Virus record (IMG/VR): IMGVR_UViG_3300021086_000007
Location: 1-49,517 of that record
Direction: 5' to 3' (one strand)
DNA length: 49,517 bases
From: a virus
Taxonomy: Duplodnaviria; Caudoviricetes
The notes under the pieces: generated by a model
Seen by the model: the letters and a program-made list of their open reading frames with translations, nothing else
The model's database searches: none
Told to the model about the DNA's origin: nothing
In this document: one piece after another, positions 25,616 through 35,382 of the stretch
Layout: the number at the start of each line of letters is the position of its first letter
Position numbering within the stretch: the first letter of the stretch is position 1
Made by a program: the position numbers and the translations under genes

Positions 25616-26157
25616 TGGTGGATCCGATCTCTGCTGTTGCTATTGGCAGTATGGCTGCTACAGCTGGAGGTGCAGCCATCTCTGGCATCGGTGCTATAGA
25701 GTCAGGACAGGCCAACGCTGCCGCTTACCGCTACAAAGCAGGCGTTGCTCTTCTAAACAAACAGATTAATGAACAAAATGCAGCTTGGGCCACTCAGGCT
25801 GGAGAGGCCAAGGCTGAGACTGAAGGCTTAAAGTCTCGTGAAGCTATCTCTTCAACCAAAGTCGTTCAGAGTGCCTCTGGCTTTGACGTCAATTCTGGCT
25901 CGAACGAAAGGGTCCGCGAAACCCAAACCGACGTGGCTCAGTATGACCAAAACGTCATCCGTTGGGACGCAGCAAAGACCGCATGGGGCTACGAGACCAA
26001 AGCCACTACGGATGTAGCTGAGGCCAATCTAGACCAAATGGCCGCAAAGACATCTGAAGAGGCTGGAGAGTTGGGAATGTGGGGCTCCTTTATCTCCGGA
26101 GCCGGGAACGTTGCAGGGAAGTGGATGCAGGGTAGTAGCGCAGGAGCATTCGGCTGA
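25615..26157 (+). CDS. Internal virion (ejection) protein, gp14-like
   Basis: A/G-rich hydrophobic N-terminus, ASGFDVNSGS motif, and position. Confidence 0.8.
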   Translation: MVDPISAVAIGSMAATAGGAAISGIGAIESGQANAAAYRYKAGVALLNKQINEQNAAWATQAGEAKAETEGLKSREAISSTKVVQSASGFDVNSGSNERVRETQTDVAQYDQNVIRWDAAKTAWGYETKATTDVAEANLDQMAAKTSEEAGELGMWGSFISGAGNVAGKWMQGSSAGAFG

Positions 26158-27908
26158 TGCCACAAGTTCCAGGATTAGTCCCAGATCAAACTCCTTCAAT
26201 GGGAGGTGCGCCTGAGGTCAACTTAGCGGTCCCTACCGATGCCTTTGGCGGTGCGGTAGGTCACGCACTGCAAGGCCTTGGCCATGATATTGAAGGTGCA
26301 TCCGATCGCATCTGGGCGCAAGCCATTAACATGCAGAACCTCCAAAATGAAACGGAGGCGAAGTCTGCGGATGCAGATTACATGATGAAAGCTGGAATGA
26401 AACATGCTGAGTTTAACGCCAAGGAAGGGAACAATGCTTCGCCCAAGGCCCTACAGGCACATATTCAAGAACTGCAAGATCTCCGTGTACAGACGCGTGC
26501 GGGTCTTAGCAATCCAATGGCCCAAAAGATGTTCGACGGTTCTTCTCTATCGTTTATGGGCCGAACCATATTCAATGCTGCCGGACACGCAGCGCAGCAA
26601 TCTAAGGTGGCCGCGAACAACGCCTCAACCGCTCGGGTAGCCGCGACGCAAGATGCCATCTCCGCTTCCCCTACCGATGATGTAACCTTCCAACGTGGCA
26701 AGAGAGCCATCGAGAGTGAAGTGGAAGCTCAAGGCCGGAACTCTGGCTGGTCCGAAGATCAAACAAAGGAAACCTCAGCGCAGAAGGTCTCCGAAACCTT
26801 AGCAAAGCGCACCGCCTCGCTCGCTCGTACCGACTCTATCGGCGCTCAGAAGATGTATGAGCAATCGACGAAGACCGGCGCCCTCTTGCCGATGGACGCG
26901 CTTAAGGTCCAAGCTACTATCCAAACCCAATACCGCCAACAGGGTTCCCGTATCATTGCGGATCAGGTCCTTGGGAATCTTCGTGAAGGTAACGATGATG
27001 GGGATAAGTCCCTATCCGATTACATCTCCGAAGGTATGTCAAAGGTCACGGAAGGGGACCTAGACAAGAATGATCCTCTCTTTAAAGACTTCGTCCGCGA
27101 ACGAATCACCGCCGATTACAACCGCCATAAATCCGTCATCCGGGATGGTCAGCAAAACGCAGAGCAGACCATCATAAACGCCATGAACACCGGGAACAAG
27201 GAAGGCTTCCTTCCCAAGTCCGTGGATGAGCTAAAACTTATCGACCCCAAAACCGGCGATGCCTGGGATGCCATGAAACCCGACAAGCAAGCTCGTTTCA
27301 TGCAACGCCTTGCCGAGAACGCCATAGGTGAACCCAGAGCTTGGACCCCTGATAGTGTGAAGCAATTTCAAATGCTTAAGGGTTTGGCTCATACCAACCC
27401 AACAGAGTTCATGTCACATGACGTCTCCGCCGATGGGCTCCCTGTTCGCGGCCAGCAAATTCTATCTCAAATGCAGAAGTCCCTTCGTAAGGATCTTCAA
27501 ACTGATCCTCGTGTGGGTCGGGCCTTGAACACTCTTCAAGGATCCATGGACGCGGCAGGCATCAGTAAGAAAACCAACCTTGAAGACTACAACCAATTCG
27601 TAGGCTCCCTTGCCGATCAATTAGATGAGTTCCAACACGATAAGAAACGAACCCCCACTCTTGAAGAAGTCCAAACAATTGGCAAGCAGTTGATGGACGA
27701 ACACGTCTCGGGGATGTGGCAGAAGATGTTTGGTGGGGAGAAGACTTATCAAGCTTCGGTGCCAGAGGAAGATCAGAAACGAATTGAAGCTGATCCTCGC
27801 TGGGCTGCGCAAGGCATCAAGCCCACAGACTATTGGGTCAAACGGGCCTACCATAGAGAACTCTTCAACAAACTTTACAAAGGCAATGCCGGTGGTGACA
27901 CCAAATGA
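26157..27908 (+). CDS. Internal virion (ejection) protein, gp15-like
   Basis: 583-aa helical A/Q-rich protein (MPQVP...AFGGAVG..LQGLG) and position. Confidence 0.75.
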   Translation: MPQVPGLVPDQTPSMGGAPEVNLAVPTDAFGGAVGHALQGLGHDIEGASDRIWAQAINMQNLQNETEAKSADADYMMKAGMKHAEFNAKEGNNASPKALQAHIQELQDLRVQTRAGLSNPMAQKMFDGSSLSFMGRTIFNAAGHAAQQSKVAANNASTARVAATQDAISASPTDDVTFQRGKRAIESEVEAQGRNSGWSEDQTKETSAQKVSETLAKRTASLARTDSIGAQKMYEQSTKTGALLPMDALKVQATIQTQYRQQGSRIIADQVLGNLREGNDDGDKSLSDYISEGMSKVTEGDLDKNDPLFKDFVRERITADYNRHKSVIRDGQQNAEQTIINAMNTGNKEGFLPKSVDELKLIDPKTGDAWDAMKPDKQARFMQRLAENAIGEPRAWTPDSVKQFQMLKGLAHTNPTEFMSHDVSADGLPVRGQQILSQMQKSLRKDLQTDPRVGRALNTLQGSMDAAGISKKTNLEDYNQFVGSLADQLDEFQHDKKRTPTLEEVQTIGKQLMDEHVSGMWQKMFGGEKTYQASVPEEDQKRIEADPRWAAQGIKPTDYWVKRAYHRELFNKLYKGNAGGDTK

Positions 27909-30900
27909 GCACTGTCGATGACATGTTTGATAATGTGCAATCCACTGCTCGGGTTGCTAACTTCGCGGCGCAGGATACTAATCCTGATGAAGCTGCTAGG
28001 GCCTTGGAGTTAAGTCACGCATCTGGTGCACCTGCAGAGGCTATCTATGACAATATAGAAGGGTTCGAGCGCCAGCATAAAGCCTCCCTCGGTTCTGCAC
28101 TTATCTCAAACAACGGTTACCTCGCTGACTACATCGGCTTCGATCCAATGGCGGCACGGCTGTCCCATGACGACCTTGGCCAACTCGATACCGCTTCGCA
28201 AGCCATCTCCAACCTCCACCCCAAGTCCTTCCTTGAGCGAATCCACAACGCTCTCAGCTTAGGCTTACCCGAAAAGGCCTTCCCCGGAGACCCACTCCAA
28301 CCCTACCGCGAAGCATACTCCACCCGCCCCACTGATGTAGAATACGCCCTTCGCCACCCCGCTGCTTACCCCATTATGAAAGGTCTTGAAAACCTAGTCA
28401 GCACTCCCTTCGTCGTCGGCTCCCAACTCATCTCCGGACTCTCAAACGTAGTGAACGAGTTCGGTGGGCGCGATCTCGCAGCGATGCTTGAGAACGAAGT
28501 GATGAAGCCTGAGGGCGGGCAACTTGGGAAGTATCTTGAGCACACTCGGCTGCCTGAGATGGGCTCTGCACTTCAGACCGTTGCCCCATTCGCCAAAGTC
28601 GGTAAGGAGCCCCCTCCCGGCGTCCACCCGCTTCTAGATGAAGTGAAAGTAGAACAGGCAAAACAAGATGGAGATGCCATCAAAGAGGCTCTATCCGAAA
28701 GCGCTAAATCCGCAACTCGTGAACGCTCTCCCGACTATTATGCTAACTTCGTTCGTCAGCATGTTGGCGAGCGGGAGATTGGGATTGATGCCGAAGCTGT
28801 ACGGAAGCTTTACGGCGATAAAATCCCCGAAGTTGGCGACAATCTGCTTGGGTGGGTACCTGATTTGCAGACTAAGCTGGCAAGTGCTGAAAGCATTGGT
28901 GGTGATATCCGTGTGTCTTTGGCTGATTGGCTCGCTAGAGTAGAGCCGGATGTTGCGAAGGAGTTGCATGATAGTATACGGGTGCGGGATGGGGGGCTTA
29001 CGTTAGAAGAAGCAAAGGGGCTGGAGCCAAAGGAAGTTATAGCTGATCCCCTCCAACTCGTCCGCGGTGCGGGAGGGTTTGAGCCGCAGTTCTCCCTTGG
29101 GGATCGGAAGGTCACCCTTCAGCGGATGGGAGAGCAGGAGACTAAAGGTCCCTTTGGCAAAGAGCAGGGCTTTCATGACTTTGATCTTCTGGACGAGACC
29201 GGGAAGAAGATCGGGTACATGAATCTGAGTGAAGCCAAAGGCGGGAAGCAGATTTACGTTGAGATGATCCAGGCCGGTAAGACGGATAAGATGTACGATC
29301 CGAATTTCCTTGGGCCTGCTATCATTCGCGACTTGCGAAGACAGATCAAGGCTGAGTTCCCTAACGCTGAGACCATAACAGGTCATCGTGTCAGCGGGGC
29401 TCGGGAGAAGGCCGGGGTGGAGATGACCGCGGCTATGCCTGTTATTAAGCTCTCGCAGGAGGGGGAAGGTTGGGGCCACGTCGACTCAGGTCCCACTCTC
29501 CGTGAGCTATTCCAAGAGATCGGTGGACAGACCATCGATCAGCAATACTCTGCCTTCCACTACGGCCCGGAACTTGAACAGTATAAGGTCGAACTTGATC
29601 GAGCCATCCGCGATGAGCTTGCTCGGATCACCCCTAAGCAGGCGCAGATCTTCACTCCAGATCAGATCTCTGCCATTCCTGAACGCCCTGGCTTTACCCG
29701 CCGCGGCTTCCATCAGCAGTTTAAGGAACAGGACCCTTGGATTGTCGTTGCTCTTGATAGCCCAAACGCAATGGGCGTAGCGCGACACGAAGCCGTTCAC
29801 CACTTACGTCAGCAAGGATTCTTCACCGAAGCGGAATGGTCCACTCTCGAACGTGCTTCGCGCCAGAATGATTGGGCCACTAAGTTCGAGATCAATAAAC
29901 GTTACGCCCATCTCCCCGAAAGCGCGAAGCTAGAAGAATCCATCGCCGAGGCGTACCGCACTTGGAAAGACGCTACAGATAAGAAGGCGTACCCACCTGG
30001 GATCAATGCCATCTTCCAAAAGCTCCAAGAGTTCTTCGAGGCGCTACGCCTTAAGGTAAGGGAGATCACAGGGAAGGACCTCTCGTGGGACGAAGTCTTC
30101 CAGAAGGTCGATGTCGGAGAGGTTGGCTCTCGTGAGGGCAACGCTCCTCTGAAAGAAGGTGCGTTTCAAGCTTCGGACGAGCCCATCGAAGGGATCTTCG
30201 AAAAAGCCAAGGCCATGGGTGTCACCGAAGCTCACATGAACCGGATGCTCAATCACATCCAGAAGCGCAACGCCGAAGACCTTGAGAAGGCTCAGGCCCG
30301 GGCCGAGAAGCAACAGAAGCGCTCGCAGACCGCAGAATGGAAGCAGCGTCGAACCGACATTCGAGATGAAGTCCGTGAGCAGCTTTCCTCTCGTCCTGAC
30401 CTCGCGACCGACGAGTTGTTCGCGAAGCAGAAGATAAAGCTCAACCCAGATTACCTGAGTGAAGACCAAAAGGCCTCGCTTCCGAAGGACTACATCCAGA
30501 AGAAAGATGGAGTTAACCCCGATGACCTCGCACCATATTTTGGCTATACTTCAGGTGATGCGCTTGTCGAACGTCTCGGTATGCTCACCACAGATCGCAA
30601 GTCAGCAGGTATGTCACAACGAGACTACTTCAACCGTCTTGTTGGTGTGGAGACCGACCGACGACTCAACGCTGAGTTCGGAGACCTCAGTCAAAACATA
30701 ATGGATGCTGCTAAAGACCAGGCCCTCTCCGAAACCCAACTCGATCTAGTCCATGAAGAAACCCTAGCCTACGCCCTTGCCGCAGGCACGGAGCCGAAGT
30801 TCACTAAAGAACAAGTCCGGGAAATGGTGAAGGGACAGTTTGATCTCACTCCAGTCCGGGATATCTCTTCCGACAGGCTGATTCAAACCGCAGGGAAGCT

Positions 30901-33532
30901 TGGGCGGAAAATCGAGGAGGCCGGATCGAAGGGCGATTGGGCTGAAGCCTATCGTATCTCCCAGCAGCGGGAATTTGCCACCATAGCTGCAAAGCTGGCA
31001 CGGGATTATGAGAAGGCTCAAGCTTCGCTAGACCGCATCGCCAAGACATTTCGCAAGCGCGAGGTCCCTTCAGTAGCTCAAGAATACACCAACTGGGTTC
31101 ATGACCTCCTGGTCCGTGCTGGGTACCCTGTTAACCGTTCCATTCAAGACCTTGCCGAGAACATCGGCCGCCAGAGTGAACGCACCCTTCAAGAGTTTGT
31201 TCAGGCAAAGCGCACGGAGTGGATGGGACTTCGAGACCTACCCGTTGCCGACGCCTTCCTCGATCTTGCCTTTAAGGAAGAATTGAAGAATCTTCCACAC
31301 AAGGACTTCCGCGAGTTCAAGAATGCCATCGACGTTCTCGTCAAAGCCGGCCGCGACGAAAAGAAGATCTACCGTGAGGGCGAAGCCGCGGATCGTACGC
31401 ATGTGCTTCAAGAAATGCTTGGCAAGCTTGAGACCTTCCCCCTAAAAGAATACCCAGTCACGAAAGGAGCCGTACGCAAAGCTTTAGAAATCCCCAAGGC
31501 TTGGCTTGCCGGGATGACCAACATTGAAACCCTTCTGAACCGTTGGGACCGCGCCGATCCAAGAGGGGTGTTTAACCAATACATAAACTATCCCTTAGCT
31601 AAAGCTTCCAATCAGAAGAATGTCCTTGAGCGGGAAGCTGCGAGGAACTTGGAAAAGCTCGGTCCACTCAAGGATCGAGACAAGCTTGTCGACTCTCCCT
31701 TTGCCGATCCCCTACTCCGCACCTCTACTAATCCAGATGGCCTACCCTTTACCGGCTTCACCCGAGCCAATGTAATGGCCATGATCCACAATGCAGGGAA
31801 CAAATCCAACTGGACTGTGCTCGCGCGAGGGTACGGAATGGAGCCCGAGGCGTTAATGAAATGGCTCCATCGCAATAGCGATAAGGAAATGTGGGACCGC
31901 GCACAAAAGATGGGGGACCTTTTCAAAGGCCTTGCCGCAAAGGCCGATGGAGTCTACGAACGTATCACAGGAGCTAACGTTGAGAAAATCCAACTGGAGC
32001 CGATCCAGACCCCGTTCGGAACTTACGCTGGATGGTACCATCCCCTCATCCGTGATCCGCTTCGACAAGAAATCTGGCAGCAAGACCAGGCTGGGCAGTG
32101 GACCCGCATCCCAGCCGGCCGTAAGATCTCTGTCTATGACGATCTCGACAACCTCCACATCTCTACCGCGAACGGTTACACCAAGCGTAGGACCGGGGCT
32201 ATCTATCCTTTGGACTTAAGCATCGACTCCATCCCTTCCCGGCTTAAGCAGATCATCCATGACGTTGCGTTCCGTGAAACCATCCTCGAAACCGATAAGA
32301 TCTTTAGCAACAAAGCCTTTCGGGCTGAAGTCATTAAGCGCTATGGCGCTCACTACGAAGACCTTCTCGGGCCCTACCTGAAGCACCTTGCTGGAGCAGA
32401 ATCGATCGCGTCACAAGGCGCAGCCAAGGCACATCAGCTTTCAGAGTTCCTTCGTCAGAACGTGATCTCCACTTACATCGGCTTCAATCCCTACACCGCC
32501 CTTAAACACGGGCCTACGGCTTGGGTCATGTCTATGGGTGAGGTAGGAGGGAAGAGCTTCCTCAACGCCGTCACTACCCTCTACGGCAAGTCCCCAGAGC
32601 TTGGGCTGAAGAACTCCGAGTTCGCTATGAAATGGTCCGAGGAACTCCAGCGCCGCGAACGTCATTGGCAAGATACAATAGCAGGTGAGCATGCTTCGCT
32701 TGAAGGGTCCGCGAACCTACGCCAGAAGATCGTTGAGAAGGGTTCGTGGCTTGTTGCACAAAGCGACATGCTTTCTGCGAAGCCCACTTGGGTTGCCGCG
32801 TACAACAACAGCATCGAAAAGAACCTCTCCCATGGCGAAGCCATTGATCTTGCTGACCGTGCTGTTCGTCGTGCTCATGGCTCTACGGCTGCTACCAACC
32901 AACCTGCGCTCGTACGTGGTGGAGGCCCGTTGCACGGATGGCTTACCTCCGTGTACGGCTTCTTTGGTACGGCTATGCAAAGACGTATCGAGATTGCTCA
33001 TCAATTAAACGACGCGTATCATTTAGTGGGGGAAGGGGAGATTAACAAAGCCGCCCGTACCACTCCTGGCATCGCCGCGGATGTGTTCACCTATGTAATC
33101 TGGCCCACCATCGTTGAAGAGTGGGTGACTGGCCTTACCACAGACGACCGGCGCGGTTGGGGTACCCACCTTGTCCAAGGCGCTTTCATGGGGCTTTCAT
33201 CTTCGGTCCTCTACCTCCGCGACCTGATGCACGCCTTCGTCACTGGCCAAGACCCTGGCGTAGGTCTCCTCTCCTCCCCCCTCCATGACATGAACAAAGT
33301 CCTTCGTGACTTCAAGCACGGCCGCGAAGCCATGAATAAAGCCCACGCCGGGAAGACTGTTGCTGACACCTTAACCGTTCTCGGCGAAGCCACAGGGATG
33401 GTTCCGAAGACCATAGCCAACGCCACACGCTTTGGCATCGACCTCGTCAATCACCAAGCCTATCCAAAGAGCGTTCCAGACGTCCTTCGTGGTGTCACCC
33501 GAGGCACCACCAAACTGAGGGTTGAGAAATGA
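27905..33532 (+). CDS. Large internal virion (ejection) protein, 1875 aa, polyvalent-protein-like, with an HExxH metallopeptidase-like motif
   Basis: Largest ORF and last structural gene. RHEAVHH...EESIAEAY...IFQKLQEFF; amphipathic C-terminus. Confidence 0.8.
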   Translation: MSTVDDMFDNVQSTARVANFAAQDTNPDEAARALELSHASGAPAEAIYDNIEGFERQHKASLGSALISNNGYLADYIGFDPMAARLSHDDLGQLDTASQAISNLHPKSFLERIHNALSLGLPEKAFPGDPLQPYREAYSTRPTDVEYALRHPAAYPIMKGLENLVSTPFVVGSQLISGLSNVVNEFGGRDLAAMLENEVMKPEGGQLGKYLEHTRLPEMGSALQTVAPFAKVGKEPPPGVHPLLDEVKVEQAKQDGDAIKEALSESAKSATRERSPDYYANFVRQHVGEREIGIDAEAVRKLYGDKIPEVGDNLLGWVPDLQTKLASAESIGGDIRVSLADWLARVEPDVAKELHDSIRVRDGGLTLEEAKGLEPKEVIADPLQLVRGAGGFEPQFSLGDRKVTLQRMGEQETKGPFGKEQGFHDFDLLDETGKKIGYMNLSEAKGGKQIYVEMIQAGKTDKMYDPNFLGPAIIRDLRRQIKAEFPNAETITGHRVSGAREKAGVEMTAAMPVIKLSQEGEGWGHVDSGPTLRELFQEIGGQTIDQQYSAFHYGPELEQYKVELDRAIRDELARITPKQAQIFTPDQISAIPERPGFTRRGFHQQFKEQDPWIVVALDSPNAMGVARHEAVHHLRQQGFFTEAEWSTLERASRQNDWATKFEINKRYAHLPESAKLEESIAEAYRTWKDATDKKAYPPGINAIFQKLQEFFEALRLKVREITGKDLSWDEVFQKVDVGEVGSREGNAPLKEGAFQASDEPIEGIFEKAKAMGVTEAHMNRMLNHIQKRNAEDLEKAQARAEKQQKRSQTAEWKQRRTDIRDEVREQLSSRPDLATDELFAKQKIKLNPDYLSEDQKASLPKDYIQKKDGVNPDDLAPYFGYTSGDALVERLGMLTTDRKSAGMSQRDYFNRLVGVETDRRLNAEFGDLSQNIMDAAKDQALSETQLDLVHEETLAYALAAGTEPKFTKEQVREMVKGQFDLTPVRDISSDRLIQTAGKLGRKIEEAGSKGDWAEAYRISQQREFATIAAKLARDYEKAQASLDRIAKTFRKREVPSVAQEYTNWVHDLLVRAGYPVNRSIQDLAENIGRQSERTLQEFVQAKRTEWMGLRDLPVADAFLDLAFKEELKNLPHKDFREFKNAIDVLVKAGRDEKKIYREGEAADRTHVLQEMLGKLETFPLKEYPVTKGAVRKALEIPKAWLAGMTNIETLLNRWDRADPRGVFNQYINYPLAKASNQKNVLEREAARNLEKLGPLKDRDKLVDSPFADPLLRTSTNPDGLPFTGFTRANVMAMIHNAGNKSNWTVLARGYGMEPEALMKWLHRNSDKEMWDRAQKMGDLFKGLAAKADGVYERITGANVEKIQLEPIQTPFGTYAGWYHPLIRDPLRQEIWQQDQAGQWTRIPAGRKISVYDDLDNLHISTANGYTKRRTGAIYPLDLSIDSIPSRLKQIIHDVAFRETILETDKIFSNKAFRAEVIKRYGAHYEDLLGPYLKHLAGAESIASQGAAKAHQLSEFLRQNVISTYIGFNPYTALKHGPTAWVMSMGEVGGKSFLNAVTTLYGKSPELGLKNSEFAMKWSEELQRRERHWQDTIAGEHASLEGSANLRQKIVEKGSWLVAQSDMLSAKPTWVAAYNNSIEKNLSHGEAIDLADRAVRRAHGSTAATNQPALVRGGGPLHGWLTSVYGFFGTAMQRRIEIAHQLNDAYHLVGEGEINKAARTTPGIAADVFTYVIWPTIVEEWVTGLTTDDRRGWGTHLVQGAFMGLSSSVLYLRDLMHAFVTGQDPGVGLLSSPLHDMNKVLRDFKHGREAMNKAHAGKTVADTLTVLGEATGMVPKTIANATRFGIDLVNHQAYPKSVPDVLRGVTRGTTKLRVEK

Positions 33533-34047
33533 TAGAGAACTTCAAAGCTTCGCTGACGGCCCTGCTTCAAAGTGAAGGCGGGAACGATGATGATCCACAA
33601 GATCATGGAGGTCGTACCTCTCGCGGAATAACTCAGCGAGAGTATGATGCATGGAGACAAGAACAACACCTCACTCATCTCGATGTGTGGAGGGCTTCAG
33701 ACCAGGACATCAAAATTATCTATCATGACGAGTATTGGGATCCTTGGTGTGACCTACTCCCACTCGGCACCGACTATATGTTCTTCGATATGTGTGTGAA
33801 CTCAGGTCCGCATGAAGCCATCGTGTTGGGCCAACGAGCCCTTGGTATAACTGCTGATGGTCGAGTTGGCCCCATCACCCGACAAGCCATCCGCCTCGCC
33901 GATCCCCGATCACTCCTTTCTCGTTACACACAGGCAAAGGAGCAATTCTACCGTAACCTGCATCAGCCAAGGTTCATCAAAGGCTGGTTGAACCGTAATA
34001 GGGAAGTCTATGGCACCGCCCTCGTGATGTTGAAAGGAACAAAATGA
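33529..34047 (+). CDS. Endolysin, glycoside hydrolase family 108 with a C-terminal peptidoglycan-binding region
   Basis: EGG..DDPQDHGGRT.RGIT, Y...YW, FD..VNSG, ADGRVGPIT and F.KGWLNR. Confidence 0.93.
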   Translation: MIENFKASLTALLQSEGGNDDDPQDHGGRTSRGITQREYDAWRQEQHLTHLDVWRASDQDIKIIYHDEYWDPWCDLLPLGTDYMFFDMCVNSGPHEAIVLGQRALGITADGRVGPITRQAIRLADPRSLLSRYTQAKEQFYRNLHQPRFIKGWLNRNREVYGTALVMLKGTK

Positions 34048-34394
34048 AACTAAACCTCACGCCGATGCAGATCATCGGTATCATCCTCGTCATCAATGGG
34101 GCCATAATTGGCGGAACCGCCCAGCTTGATGTTCTATTTGGTGTAGCCACAGTTAAAATCATCGTGGCTGTAGCCAGCTTCGGTAACTCCATCCTCGGTG
34201 GTGTTATCACCATGTTCACTAGCCAAGGGGCGCAGGTGAAGAATGTCCTTGCGATGCCTGGAATTGAATCTGTAAAGGTCAATTCCCAAGCCAATCCTGC
34301 CCTTGCACAGATTGCCGTCGATCCTGCACAGGATAAGATTGAGGCAATACCGACAGCAGAAGCTGCGGTAATCAAAACCGCTTCGGCGGTATAA
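34044..34394 (+). CDS. Putative holin / membrane protein
   Basis: Two hydrophobic segments, adjacent to the endolysin. Confidence 0.6.
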   Translation: MKLNLTPMQIIGIILVINGAIIGGTAQLDVLFGVATVKIIVAVASFGNSILGGVITMFTSQGAQVKNVLAMPGIESVKVNSQANPALAQIAVDPAQDKIEAIPTAEAAVIKTASAV

Positions 34395-34405
34395 AGGAGA
34401 GAAAG

Positions 34406-35086
34406 ATGAAGGGTCTTCTTGCATTATCTCTAAGCGTAGCACTGGGGAGTGCTGCGTTCGCCGCGGATCTTCCAACTAAAGCTCCCTTATTCGGAGCCTA
34501 CCCCACCACTCGTTGCGGGCTCTACTATGGAGTTGGCACCGGAGGCTCTGCTACATCTATGAATGGCTCGGTGGTCGGCGCACAAATCGTTCAGGGCGAA
34601 CTCGATGCCTTGATCGGCTACACCTGCCCCTTTGGCCAAGCTGGGTTTTGGTTCGTTGAAGGTTCCGTTGGCTTCGACAACATCAACGGTTCCGTGAATG
34701 GTCTTGCCCTCTCGGGTCCTCTTGTTTTAATCCAACGGGCTGGAGCAGGCTCCCCCATCAACACTTGGTTCAACCCCTTTGGCAACCAGCTGGCCTTGCC
34801 TTCCCTCCCGGCCTTACCCTCTGGCGTAACCGCTGGGCCTGCCAACGGCTACTTCTTCGCGGGCCTAGTCGAGCAGGATATCTCTGTTCAGGTCGGGTTG
34901 GATCAGCACAATAAGGTATGGCTGGTTGCTCCGTTGGTTGGTGTTGGTCTCCTCAGCCGCTTCTCTGATGGAGTCGTCGTCGATACATGGGCCGGATGGC
35001 AGCTAAACTCCCAGAGCTTCTGTGCAGGTGGGACCTGCGGGAAAATGGGTAATGGCGGCCGCGTGGGCGTGTCGTTCAAGTACTGA
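34406..35086 (+). CDS. Outer-membrane beta-barrel protein, rhizobial Omp25/RopB-like
   Basis: Signal peptide ...SAAFA/ADLPTKAP, then GLYYGVG.GG, amphipathic strands and a C-terminal beta-signal-like RVGVSFKY. AAGGAG RBS. Confidence 0.8.
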   Translation: MKGLLALSLSVALGSAAFAADLPTKAPLFGAYPTTRCGLYYGVGTGGSATSMNGSVVGAQIVQGELDALIGYTCPFGQAGFWFVEGSVGFDNINGSVNGLALSGPLVLIQRAGAGSPINTWFNPFGNQLALPSLPALPSGVTAGPANGYFFAGLVEQDISVQVGLDQHNKVWLVAPLVGVGLLSRFSDGVVVDTWAGWQLNSQSFCAGGTCGKMGNGGRVGVSFKY

Positions 35087-35106
35087 TCAAAGTAAGGGGC
35101 TGTCTC

Positions 35107-35382
35107 GTGGCATGGGAAATAATAGCTAGCATTGGTACGCAGACAGCCCTCTTTCTTTTAGGAGGCTATGCCATGGTTCTTCGTAATGATTGGAGTACGA
35201 AAGATCTCAAGGAAGAATTGGAATCGATGGAAGAAGAGCTAAAGAAGCTCGCACAGGTTATCACTCAAATTGCGGTTCAAGATATCCGTATTGATAATCT
35301 AACCAGTCTTGTGATCAATCTACAACATGAACTAAGTGATCTACGGCGTGGGGATGGATGGATTGAACATAAGCAACGCTAA
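35107..35382 (+). CDS. Single-TM coiled-coil protein (lysis accessory or holin-like)
   Basis: N-terminal hydrophobic helix plus heptad repeats; last gene of the + arm. Confidence 0.65.
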   Translation: MAWEIIASIGTQTALFLLGGYAMVLRNDWSTKDLKEELESMEEELKKLAQVITQIAVQDIRIDNLTSLVINLQHELSDLRRGDGWIEHKQR

